NCBI RefSeq assembly: GCF_011745625.1
Contig: NW_027191458.1
Span: forward strand, 930,001 to 994,000
From: Cladosporium halotolerans
Lineage: Eukaryota
Reading direction: 5' to 3'
DNA length: 64,000 nucleotides
Below are positions 34,832 to 46,699 of the stretch, piece by piece. The translations under genes were made by a program, and so were the position numbers. The notes beneath the pieces are model-generated. The model worked only from the letters and a program-made list of their open reading frames with translations, made no database searches and was not told the DNA's origin. Every line of letters starts with the position of its first letter. Position 1 is the stretch's first letter.

Positions 34832-35321
34832 ATCAGATAAGAACTACAGAAGGTACACCACGTGCCATGGCTCCTAGCAGACCTCTCACCGAGACCGGTC
34901 CGTCGCTAAGAATCGACGTAATCCCAGAGAGCTGGGGCCTCGGCGAAAGGCGGCATGCCTGGGTCGAGAGGCAGGTTTGAAGGCTTCGAGGGCTTGGACC
35001 CCTGCCCACTCGTTGGGGTCCGTTTGCAACCCTACATGAGTAGCATGCTGCCTCGGGACGACTACGACCTGACGTGGCATGATCGCGGCACCAACGCGGT
35101 ATCGGTGCCCGGGCACGTTGCTTCTTTGATCAGCCACCACTTCTTGTCTTGAGTGGCACTCGGACGTAATGCTTCAGCTTGGCTAAGCGAGGGCTGCAAG
35201 AAACAAGCCTTACCGAGCAAACTCGCGTACTTGGCCGCATCTTGCGCCTTCTTGGTTCTCGCCCGGTGGAACTGCAGTGGAGTCCGCATGAGCAAGGGTT
35301 GAAGCTCGGTGATTATCAGAT
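34832..35321. promoter_or_regulatory. Two SreA-type boxes upstream of sidI
   Basis: ATCAGATAA at 34832-34840 and TTATCAGAT (reverse complement of ATCTGATAA) at 35313-35321. Confidence 0.75.
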
Positions 35322-35553
35322 TGATAACTTTAATTCCTGTCGCGCTAGGAATGCACTGGCCATGTAGGGCATCGTATTTGGCGCCGCGCCGGAACAAGCA
35401 GGAAGCCGAAGTGGAAACATCGCATAGCCCAAGAACTGGAGCTAGTTGATGGTGCCGAGGAATTTTGGTCATGACGGGCTTGAGCGATTTGAGAGTTTAC
35501 AACGAGGGCCCAGCGCGAGATTTTCGAGTTGGAAAAACCCTCATCCCGAGCTG

Positions 35554-35584
35554 TAGGGTTAGGGTTGGGGTTAGCTTGGGGTTA
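35554..35584 (+). repeat. Short degenerate telomere-like (TTAGGG) tract
   Basis: tagggttagggttggggttagcttggggtta. Confidence 0.4.
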
Positions 35585-36044
35585 CAATTGCATCTCATTC
35601 ATCGCACGTCAACCACATCTACGAGTGCTCCGGCTAGTTTCAAAGGATTCAAAAATCCCTCTGTAGTATTATGGTAATAGTTTTGGGAATGCTGAACCAC
35701 CTGCGCTGTCTCAAGGCGGCATTCAGATGAATCAAGCGATCATGTCTCTTCGATCATTCAAGAGTTCAATAATGCTGGATTGCACGGTTGCACCCCCCTT
35801 CAAACGCCGCACAACCGCACAAGCACCCTGATCTCATTGGAAACCGTTGCGCAATCCCAAGTTGACTGTGTCCTTCCGTTGTCAACGTTCCTTGAGATCA
35901 GGCTTATCACTCTCTTCATGGTATTGGAGTAGTCAATGTACAACGGCTATCCAACAACGGGCCCAAGATCCACGTTCATTGTAATAGCAATGGAAAAGAA
36001 AAGGACTGCCATACGACCACACAACAAGCAAGGTCAAGCCGAAT

Positions 36045-37951
36045 CTAGCTCGAGTTCGAATTGTCCGCGCAAGACCAAGACGAAGCACCTCCCTCGCCCG
36101 AGTAGTCATCAATCAATCTGACTACCGCCCGATACGTGCCGCCGATCATGCAAAACGTTCCCGCGACTATGACAAAGAGGCTCCAGCCTACCATGAACCA
36201 GTACTTCCAGTCCCGCTCTTCTTTCCTAGGCGTCCAATTGTCGTACAGCCACATGCAACCCATAGGCTGGAAGCAAATGAGCGTGCCTAGCAAAGCACCG
36301 ATGAGTGAGACCAGACTGCCGAAGTTGGGGACTGCGCTGGCTATGATGTATGCGATGATGACGACCGCTGAAGTACATGATAGCCAAGTGATCCAATGTG
36401 TGACCGTGTTTGCGGTGAGATGCCTGGAGCCTCGCAGGATGCGAACGAAGAGGTGCTTAGCCGGCAGCTGTAAATCGATGCGTTAGTGCTATTAGATCCG
36501 AGGAGTATTCACTGTAAGGCTCACATGGCAAGCGATCATCTCAGTGACCAAAAGGCCCGGCAGGGCGATACCGTAGCAAACCTTTTTCATCAAGGTACCA
36601 GCGGATCCTAGGGCCGGAGAAGCGACGTATGACCCGCAAAAGTAATACACTACCACGCCGACGACGAGATACACGGTGAAGACTGTTGCCTGACAGATGA
36701 GCATCGACCGGGCATAGTGCCTAGGCTCCTTCATTTCGGATGCGATCGGGAAGAAGGCCGGAGTCCCGGAGAAGGCAAAAATGATCGTTGCAACGGCTGA
36801 CATTGCTTGAGCGAAATCAGGAGCTCCGACGATCTTGACATCTCGCGTGAAAGGACCGGTCTGAGGTGCAGAAGCCGGGCGGTCTTGCACACCGACGGCG
36901 ACTGTCACAATAAATACTGTATGGTGATGGTCAGCAAATGCCAGCAGAGAAGATGATGACATAGCTTACAAGAAACTAAAATGCTGACACCGCCTGCAGC
37001 AGCGAGCCAACTGATCTTTGATAGCGTGCGGATCGAAGCAAGGCAGACGGCGGCGATGGCAGCCACGGTCACGAAGATTGCTGTACACACGGCGTGGTCG
37101 GAAACGGCGTTCAGCCCAATAGACAAGCTTAAAATGCTCGATCCAGCAACGAAAGTGTAGTCTATGTCACAAGTATTAAGAGCCTAGCCATGCGTAATTA
37201 CGATGTGCGGAGACTCACATAAGAAGAACGCCATGCCAAAGATCTCGCGTCCAATCTTCCCAAACATTATACCGCCAGTATCATCGAGGCCATACACTTC
37301 AGGATGACGAAGCTTGAAGCAGCCGACAATGTAATCTAAGAATGGAGAATGGTCAGCGACATCATGCATCCCTGCATCAAATCGCAGGCCCACGTTGCCC
37401 AAGACAAGACCAAGTTATGATCACAACAGCACCTTAGGTCCTACGACTAGACAAGGAATGGCCGCGAACGAATATATGCATACTGTAGACAAGTCAGTAC
37501 ATTGTTGTAAATGCAATAGTGATCGTGATGCTTACCCTGACCAAGTTGTGATGACTGCGACCGTGATGAGGATGAGGACTCCTGGGACAACGCCAAGAAT
37601 GTCGAAAGCGCCAGGGATAGAGAGGGCTCCGATGCCAATCTGCGTCTTGATCATGATGACTGCCGTGCCAACCCAACCCACCTACTCTATGTCAGGTACT
37701 GGTTACCTTTGATACAAAGAGGTCTCGCACGTATTACTCACATTTCTGTAATTCGGGCCATCCTCATCTATCTCGCCGAAGACTGGATCTGTTATTGTGT
37801 TCCTCTTTTCCAGCTTGAGGCTTTCGACGTCGCAATCTTCATGATATGGTTCATTCCCAACACGACCAGCGGCGGTGTCTGCTGTCTTGGAACCAACGGT
37901 CCGGAGGGAGAGATCGTCTCGCACGACATCGATGTTGTTGTTGTATGACAT
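36045..37951 (-). CDS. Neutral amino acid permease (Mtr-like, AAAP family), 492 aa, 6 exons
   Basis: Exons 37951-37742, 37681-37537, 37335-37219, 37161-36970, 36916-36525 and 36467-36045 sum to 1479 nt in one frame. Motifs GPNYRNVGW, KTQIGIGALSIP, TWSDYIVG.FKLRHPEVY, FAFSGTPAFF, YVASPALGSAG and WSCADNS. Confidence 0.92.
37336..37536 (-). other. Spliceosomal twin intron (stwintron), [D1,2] type
   Basis: Minus strand reads TCA G | G [GTAAGC..ACTGAC..CTACAG; 37535-37483] TATGC..GCTGAC..TTAG | AT TAC. Removing the inner 53-nt intron creates the donor GTATGC of a 148-nt outer intron. Confidence 0.85.
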
Positions 37952-40163
37952 GTCAATTAGTTATCGTCGTTCCAAAAACGTCCAAGCAAAAGATTCCCCA
38001 TCAAAGAGCAGGTTTGTCATTGCAGAAAACGGCATTGCGGAAAACGTGCTCCTTCTTGTGGACGCCAGCTCGTCTAGAATGCGGCTCTGCGAGACTTCCC
38101 CCGAGGACATCATGCTTATCAGCAGAAGACGCTTTCTTGACTCCACTTAGCAATTGCCCTGGGAAATGTTTGCTCGCAAGGGAATAACGTCGTCGATCAT
38201 GGTGCTAGCTGTCCCGGTTCCGCCCCAGATTTTCTCCACATTTCTCCATGGCAATTCGCGGGGCATGAAAGCATCTTCTTCATATTCTCCCAAAGAGGGA
38301 AAAACTTTAGTTGCTGACATGGCATTGGCGTTGTGGAGCCGGAAACGTCGGATGCATGATGCTGAAGTGGGCCTTGGAAGGTCGCAATTAGAATCCAATC
38401 TTCCCAATTGGCCACTACGAGACGATGCATGCTATCGTCCGCTTGCCTTTCCCACCTATGGTATACTGCTGATTAGTTTTCGTCCAGAAGCCCTCTCATG
38501 TACGGGGCGAATTGCTGCAGTAGCACAGCCCCGACAAGCCTCTCTTGATCGGTGCCACGTTTTGACGCGCGGAAGCCCAAGCTTGACTGGTCTGGTAGTC
38601 ACGAGTGCGCCTTGAGTCAGTCGACCCGTCATCAGGATGGCTGTGCAGGTGTTCTGCCTGATCGAACAGAAGTTTCGGGAACCCCGGCTGTCATGCCTCA
38701 GCCGACGGCGTGTTGCCATTGCCGTTTCCAGATAGACCCTAGCGGAAATTACCTGAATGGGCAGTCGCTTGAGAAAGACTATACTATGTCTTGCATGACC
38801 ATAGGAAGCTCAATGGGTGCGAATTTGCATATCTAGGGTATGATTAGAACATACAATCGGGAACTCAAAGTTTCACGTTCTCTGTGCTGAGATGTGCTCG
38901 ATCGCATGAATGGACCTTCGCATTTCTCGCAAGCCCTTTCTTTGCTATGGGCTGCTGTGCTGAGAGCGATGCCCGAATAGACAGGCCAGGTTGGGCAGTA
39001 CGGTCTCACCAAGCGGTCCATTATGGATTGCGCCTTAGACTCTTTGTACCAAAAGAAAGAGTTCCGTGAAAATTGCAAAAACATACAACAGGCGGGATTC
39101 CCAGATGGTCACCCACTCTAGTACTAGTCGCCCGGTTCAGTGCTTATGTATGGCAGAGCGGACGGGATGCCCAGTTTTCACTGACCTATGGTCGTATGTA
39201 CTGAGCAGTTGCTTCCTGCAAATTATAACCACATTTTTTAGCTGAATAGAATGGAAAGTGATGCCCATACTTCAAGTAGCTCCTCGGCTTCTTGGGCTCA
39301 GAGGCTTCGGGAATGAATACCGTCGTGAACCAGAAAATTGACAGAATCGGTACGGATCAAGCGCCTTCATCACTGAAGTTCCTACTTCATTGCGATGCAG
39401 CGCGATCCGTAAAACTTGGAGGCTGCTCGTGGCCACCAAGATGTGGTCTCGAAGCTCTGATTGGCGTCCGTTGCTCGAGACGAGTGTGCTGCTAACAGGT
39501 ACTGCCGACCACATGCATCTTGGCCGGGCTCCACTGACTCCAAGACGAATAGCATGTTCGTGGAAACCTATGAATGCAGATGAGGGCCCCATAAGGCAAA
39601 GGAGTCTGACGAAATGGAAGTCGTGCGACAGTCATCTTGAGTCGCGAGGCGAGTTGGATGCTGTGGCGCCAAAAGATGAGAGGGCGTTCCGAGCCGGCCT
39701 TCCCGCGTAGCGTGGCTTGGCGGCGCGTGGGCGAGTACAAGAACTTTGCGAAACTTGCCCAACAGATGGATTTTCTTTCTTTCGTGCGGCGACGCGATAA
39801 GAATATTGTTTCCCAAAGTTGCTTGTACATCTACAAATCTGTGGTGTCACAAGTGTCCATCGCGTCACAGAGTAAAAGATATTGCACATCGACCTGCTAG
39901 CCAACTCCGACTTCGCCATCTTCGGTTGGCTCTGTTGGCGCGCTGGCGATCGAACATCACCTTTTTTTCCGATCCCTCTCAATTGTATGACTCGCTATCT
40001 GCCATCTTCTGATGAGGCTTGCTTGTCTGATCCCGCGTAGAAACGCAAATTGGGCGAAAGAAGCTCTCGAACTTTTCGCACGGGGAAGATTCCGTGCGAT
40101 CTGAAAGCCTGAAGTCCAGTTTCATTAGCCCATCTCACACCCACCTTCACACTCTCTGGGACC

Positions 40164-42092
40164 ATGACTGGTCTCAAGATCGTTGCTCTCATATCCGGTG
40201 GGAAAGACTCTCTGTTCTCCCTCCTGCACTGTCTCGCTAACGGGCACGATGTTGTTGCTCTCGCGAATCTCTACCCTGCCGGCTCGTCTGTCGAAGACTC
40301 GGACAGCTTTATGTACCAGACTATTGGCCACGCCGTGATACCGCTGTACGAGAAAGCCCTAGGTCTGCCTCTTTACCGTCAAGCAATCGACGGTGGGGCA
40401 GTAAACCAGAGCAAAAACTACGGACCGACTCCCAATGATGCTGAGAAAGCAGACGAGACAGAGTCTCTCATTCCGCTGCTGCGCAAAGTCATGGCGGCGC
40501 ACCCTGAGGTGGACGCCGTCAGCACCGGAGCTATCTTGTCAGACTATCAACGCACAAGAGTTGAGTCTGTTGCCTTGCGCCTGGGTCTGACGCCGCTATC
40601 CTACCTTTGGCAGTACCCACATCTGCCACCTGGTACGCAGACGTCCCTGCTAGATGACATGACGGATGTTGCGCAGGATGCTCGGATCATCAAAGTCGCC
40701 TCCGGGGGAATGGACGACAGCTTCCTTTGGCAGGACGTCGCCGATTACCGTACGAAGGCTCGACTGGTGAAGGCTTCGCAAAGGTTCGGCACTGGTGGAG
40801 ATGGCGCTGCCCTTGGGGAAGGCGGCGAGTATGAGACTCTTGCTGTAGCCGGACCAGCGCCTCTGTGGAAGGCCAGAATTGTTGTAGACGAGCAGGAGCG
40901 GACTGTTCTTCCGGGTGAAGCCGGCAGTGCATCTATCAGGATTGCGAGGGCGGATATTGCACCTTTGGAGTCCTCGGAGACTAAACAAGTTCGCAAGCCG
41001 CAACTACTAGACGATCAATTCGCTCAATTGCTCGGAACCCTGCGAAAAGACTCAACAGAAGATTTGTCGTCCAGCTCATCGGACGCACTGCATACTGGCA
41101 AAGAATCAACGGATGAGAGGATTATCACTCTTGTTAAAGGCCTGACCGCGGCAGGCCTGACCGCCTCAGAGCAGACAGAAAACATTATGCGCGACCTTGA
41201 GACCAGACTCCTAGACGCCGGCCATGGCTTCTCAAACGTTGCCTACACATCCATCATTCTCCGTAACATGGCGGACTTTGCAGCTGTCAACACGGCTTAC
41301 GGCAAATACTTCCAATACCCAAACCCACCTGCTCGAATCACACTGGCTTGTGCTAGCGTGCTCCCGGACGACGCTCTCGTTACCATATCTGCCACAAGCG
41401 TGAAGAAAATCGCAGCGAACGACCGGAAAGGTCTGCACGTGCAAAGCCGCTCATACTGGGCGCCTGCAAACATCGGTCCTTACTCGCAAGCCATTTCCGT
41501 ACCTGCCACTCAGGCAAACGGTACTGAGGCTAGCCTCACATACGTCGCAGGTCAGATACCCTTGGAGCCAGCGTCCATGGAGTTGCACAGCTCTCACGGC
41601 TTCGACACATCGGAGACGTTTCTCGACCAGGCTGTCCTGGCACTCCAGCATCTTTACCGTATTGGTGCTGCTGTTGGCGTTGGAAGATGGACGAACGTGA
41701 TAGCCTTCATCACTGCTCCCTCTCACGAGGCCGCGGTCTCCAGAGCAGAAGTCGCACGACGGGTGTGGCAGACAAAGCACACGCCACCGAGTCTGAAGAG
41801 CGGAGACGAGGACGATGACAGTGAGGACGAGGATGAGAGCTTCGACGTCTGGGATCAGCAACGAGGTGCTGGACGAGCCGCTTGGCAGAGTTACACTACG
41901 GGCGCCAGTGATGAGAGCAGTAACGAGACCTCGCAAAGTGTGCCACCAGTGTATGTCGTCCAGGTTGACAGTCTGCCTCGCAATGCCAGCATAGAATGGG
42001 CGGCTTATGGATCGACCGGGAAGGGCGATGAGACGATCGATATACCGCATCTGGCACACTTGCTGGAAATGTTCCAGGGTTGCACGCGGTAG
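40164..42092 (+). CDS. DPH6: Diphthine--ammonia ligase with C-terminal RidA/YjgF-like domains
   Basis: Motifs VALISGGKDS, DSFMYQTIG, GAILSDYQRTRVESV, GEGGEYET, PNPPARI, LHVQSRSYWAPANIGPYSQA and LPRNASIEW. Confidence 0.95.
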   Translation: MTGLKIVALISGGKDSLFSLLHCLANGHDVVALANLYPAGSSVEDSDSFMYQTIGHAVIPLYEKALGLPLYRQAIDGGAVNQSKNYGPTPNDAEKADETESLIPLLRKVMAAHPEVDAVSTGAILSDYQRTRVESVALRLGLTPLSYLWQYPHLPPGTQTSLLDDMTDVAQDARIIKVASGGMDDSFLWQDVADYRTKARLVKASQRFGTGGDGAALGEGGEYETLAVAGPAPLWKARIVVDEQERTVLPGEAGSASIRIARADIAPLESSETKQVRKPQLLDDQFAQLLGTLRKDSTEDLSSSSSDALHTGKESTDERIITLVKGLTAAGLTASEQTENIMRDLETRLLDAGHGFSNVAYTSIILRNMADFAAVNTAYGKYFQYPNPPARITLACASVLPDDALVTISATSVKKIAANDRKGLHVQSRSYWAPANIGPYSQAISVPATQANGTEASLTYVAGQIPLEPASMELHSSHGFDTSETFLDQAVLALQHLYRIGAAVGVGRWTNVIAFITAPSHEAAVSRAEVARRVWQTKHTPPSLKSGDEDDDSEDEDESFDVWDQQRGAGRAAWQSYTTGASDESSNETSQSVPPVYVVQVDSLPRNASIEWAAYGSTGKGDETIDIPHLAHLLEMFQGCTR

Positions 42093-42981
42093 GGTTGAAT
42101 TTGAGACATTTCCTGAAGACCAAATTCACAATCTGTGCAATTCGCCACGGCGACAGCTTACGCATGTTCTTTGAATGCTGTCAAGTGTATACAACAACAC
42201 AAGCTACGGAGATTAGCCTCGTATCGACTAGCTAGGGCAAATCCTAAATTTGATTCAGACCGTGGCGTGAGTATGCCATGCCATTGATGATCCCAAAACC
42301 GCGTCACAAAAATTCCTCGTCCGTCAGGCCATCCATCCATGCCGTACTCGAAGCGGCACAGATCGCGCGTGACATGTTTCCCTGATGAGCTGAGAGGCGA
42401 ATATTCGAAGGCGTCCCCTCTGCGGCTGCGTCAGCGGCGTGGATGGGCTCTCGCAAGTCCAGGGTCCCTCGTTGCCAGCGGCGAATGAACCCCACAGTTC
42501 GAGTGTTGATGCTGACTTCGACCTCGCCCGCCCCGAGATTGCAGGACGTCGCGCGCGATCCCACTTTGCCGTTCACATCAACATCCTCCGCCGGCGAAAG
42601 ACTGCGACCATCACGCCTCACTCCTCCCGCCACCGGCCACGTCGTGCGACCGTCGCCACACCCAAGGCAGCGACATTGCCATCGCGCCGCCCGTCACGAG
42701 TCGCAGGCCACGCCCACGCTTGCCGCGCCCTAGCGCCGACCCTAACGTTGCTGCTGCTGCGCGGGCAGCCCTTCACGCGCGTGCGGTTTCAGAGCTACCA
42801 CTCCCACCTTATTATTGCCCAACTGCCGCTCTACCACCACTCTCCCGCCGACCCTCCTGCATCCTTGATCGCTGCCCCCCGAGCGCCTGCGACCCCGACA
42901 ACACCGCTCTTCCCTGTCCCACCGCCGAATTGCCCGCTTGACGATCCGAGGCTCCAGGGCCTCTGAGCCACGCGGCTGGCC

Positions 42982-45900
42982 ATGGGGAACGTGGGAAGTC
43001 GGCTCGACGACGGCTCGTCGCTGTTTTTGAAGGATCAGACAAGATGTACGCCAGACACATGATTTGGCGGCATGCGCCTGCTAGTCTCTACGCTGACCTG
43101 TCCCTCCAGTCTTCGTCTCCGCCGTCCATATCACCAACTCGCGGGGCCAGACATTGCTACGCATATCCCCAAATGCATTCCCAGCGAGCAGATACAACAC
43201 AAACAAAGATCAAGGCGACGACTCGCCGGTGGACTATGTGCAGGTGCGCAGACACCCCGCCGCCGGAACTACTATGCGAAGAGACATTGACATTGTGCAA
43301 AAGGACCCCGATGCTATCGCCAACGGGCAGCCGCCGACCTTCCTCCTGCGATTCTCCAACGCGGACGAATTAAACTTCAACTTCACGTTCGTATCGAGAC
43401 AACAGACCTTGTCCAATGGCAACCAGGCGACTGGCAGTGCTTCACAGCCACCGCCCACAGTGGACACGCAAATCGCCGGCTTGACCTACATCTTCGCATC
43501 GAATCCGAAAGAGGTGGACAACCTGGTGGTCAGAGAGTTCAACGCGAATCCGAACCTGCACAAGAACGCGAACGTCGATCTCGTCGGAGATTTCACAACT
43601 GGCGGGAGCCCGAGCGTACAATTCAACTGGTCGTGGAAATGGCGACCGCCAAAGCCTAGCGAGGACCGGGGCGGTGGCTGGCGCAGCAGCTGCAGCTTCG
43701 TGGAGTACGACCAGCGCGCGAACAAGTTGAACACGCTCGCAGGCTTCGATTTCTGGGTGCAGAACGCGCAGAAGCAGCTAGGCTCGAGGTCCCCGAGGTT
43801 GGACGTTCCTTTCCCATCGAGATTGCGCGTGCCGTCGACGCAATCTATCGAGTCTCGCGTTAGCAACGTGAGCGACTCGGATGGTGAGGGCGGGCCGCTG
43901 TACAAAGATCTTAAGGAGCCGGCGTCACCTCTTTTCGATCCGATCCCGGAGAATGGACTTGGACTGGTTCCCACGATGACCGCGTCGACCGCTGGAGGAG
44001 TGGGACCCGTGAAAGTCGACGTCGCCACTTGCAAGCCTGGAGAGGATCCTGCGAATAACGAAGATGGACCTTTGTTCCGCGCGACAATGCGCTCCCTCGA
44101 GCAAAAGACCGGCAACATGCGATTGAGAATGAAGAAGGTGCTGCGAACGGCCGAAGCTGCCGAGGCGGCTCAGCACAATTGCAACAATGCAGTAGCAGAC
44201 TTCACAGATGCTTTGAGAGAAGCCTCCCACTCAAACGCAAACGCCGTGCGACCGGCCTTGGATCATTACTTTGAAAAGATTGCTAAGGAGATATTACTAT
44301 ACGAGCGACAGAATTCGGCCAACCTGCATCGACTGATTATAGATCCCGTTAGCAAGCTCTACAATAATGAGATCAAGCAGGCGGACGTTAAGAAGCGCGA
44401 ATTTGACGAAGAGAGCAAGGAATACTATGCTTTCACGAGCAAATATCTCGGCCAAAGAAGCGAAAGTCTGAAGGAGAAAAAGCAGAAGCAGAGCGACGAG
44501 AAATACCAAGCGAAGCGCAGGACCTTCGAGCTGAAGCGCTTCGACTATTCGAGCTTTATGCATGATCTGCACGGTGGTCGGAAAGATCAAGAGGTGCTGT
44601 CGCAGCTCACCAAATACGCGGACGCCCAGGCACGCAGCTATCTGGCTACCGCGAAGAAAGTCGAGGAGATGGTCCCACAGCTCGATGCTCTGATCACAGA
44701 GGTCAACGCGGCGGAGAAGGATTATCAGCTTCGACGGACGGAGCGCGAAGAAAAGCGACGCACTCTTGAAAAAAGCACCAAGCTGGTCAGCGAGGACGGC
44801 TCCGTAGTCCCCACGACGCTGTCACATTCTCTTTCCCTGTCTGCGGCAAACCGATCAGGCCAGGATAATTCGAATAGGGCGCCGAGTTATGGAGCCCTTA
44901 GCACGTCTCCGCCGTCTACTAGCAGCGCGGTACAGCCGCCCGCTTCTGGCAATTTCGCGACACCAACTAGTGCGTCATCTGCAGTCAACACTAGCCCCAA
45001 CAACAAATTCAAAGGCATTCGGGACCTGGACGACAGCAGCGTTGGCAACTCGAACGGCACACATCGCAAGGAAGGCCTGTTATGGGCTCTGAGCCGCCCC
45101 GGCAGCCACGTTGATCCCAAGGGTCTCAACAAGCAGGCATGGCACAAGTTTTGGATCGTGCTCGACCAGGGCCGGTTATCTGAATACGTCAATTGGAAAG
45201 AAAAGCTGGACCTGCACATGGACCCCATCGACTTGCGCATGGCTTCGGTGCGGGAGGCACGCAATTCCGATCGCAGGTTCTGCTTCGAAGTCATCACACC
45301 TCAATTCACGCGAGTGTACCAGGCGCCTTCGGACGATGATGTCAAGGCTTGGATTGGAGCTATCAACAATGCGTTACAGAGTGCTTTCGAGAACAGAGCT
45401 TCGCCTATGGCCACTCCTCAATCGTCTCAACAAGGAGGCCACCGCAAGGATATCGCTGCGGTGCTGACTGGCAAGAGCTCGTCATTCTCTGGCCACAGGC
45501 AGATCTCGAACCCCAATCGCAGCGACGCGCAGAAATCGGTCAGCCGACATGCAACCACTGGCGAGAAGCCCAGCCTTGGACGCGCAACTAGCGGCAACGA
45601 AGCAGAAGCGTCTGCCCTCCTTCAGCGCATCCGCAGCACAGACGAGGGAAACCGAGTATGCGCCGACTGCGGCAGCGACTTCAAAGTAGACTGGTGCTCC
45701 ATCAACCTCGGTATCCTGCTGTGCATCGAATGCTCCGGCATTCACCGTTCGCTAGGCACGCATATCTCTAAAGTGCGTTCGCTCACGCTGGATACGGCAG
45801 TCTTCACGCAAGACATCGTAGAGCTACTTCTGTTGATGGGCAATCGCGTAAGCAATATGATCTGGGAGGCGAAGCTGGATCGATTCCTCAAGCCTTCGGC

Positions 45901-46699
45901 TCACTCGACGCGCGAGCAGCGTCTGCATTTCATTACGGCGAAGTACATCGACCGCACCTACGTGTCCGCCGGCCACGTGCTGCAACCCCCCGACGACCTG
46001 CTGCTCACCAGCATCAAGCGTAACGACATCCAGAACGTCATGCTCGCGCTCGCCCTGCGCGGCAACCCCAACGTCCAAGACCGCTCGCGCGCCACCCACG
46101 CCGTCTTCCTCGCCCTCGCGGCCGCCGACCCCGCCGCCCCAGGCGGATCCGCAGGCGGCAGCATCAGCGGTTTCGCGCACGCGACATCATCATCGACGAG
46201 CTCCGCGCGCACCCCGCTCTCATCCCCCGGCCTCCTCGCAACAGCGACCGCCACCTCCCCGGACCCCTCGTCCGCCCCGCCCCGCAAACCCTTCGCCGTC
46301 GCGGAACTCCTGCTCCAAAACGGCGCCAACATCCCCTCCGAGCCGGCCCCGATCGCCCTCTCGCAAGCCGCGAAGCTCTACATCGAGTACAAGAAGGAGC
46401 TCAAGCTCGGCCGCAGCCCGGCGGCGGCCTTCGCCAGCTCGCCCGCGCAGCAGGGCCAGGCGGCCTCGAGCACGGGCGCGCGCGACGCGAACGGCGACTC
46501 GCTGTCGTCGCTGCCCAGCCGCGCGATCGGCAGCAGCGCCGGCGGCGCGGGAGCAGGCTTCGCGGCCTCGGGCTCGGCGGGCGGCAGCACGCCGCTGGAG
46601 AAGCGCGACAGCCGCGGGTCGAAGCGCAGCAGCGGCGGCTTCGGCAAGATCGCGGGCAGCAAGGGCTTCGAGGCGCTGGAGGGGATGGTGCGGAAGTAG
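42982..46699 (+). CDS. BAR-PH-ArfGAP protein (centaurin-beta/ACAP, Csx2/Age1-like)
   Basis: Exon 1 MGNVGSRLDDGSSLFLKDQTR (possible myristoylation site), intron 43046-43109. BAR start EDGPLFRA, PH domain RKEGLL..RRFCFEVITP..W, ArfGAP zinc finger CADC..CIECSGIHRSLGTHISKVRSL. Confidence 0.93.

Noticed and set aside
36045..37951. Permease as a frameshifted pseudogene
   Set aside because: The apparent frameshift is resolved by two-step stwintron splicing.
37960..40150. Short ORFs in the 2.2-kb permease-DPH6 intergenic region as a gene or transposon relic
   Set aside because: No recognisable motifs, terminal repeats or AT-rich RIP signature.
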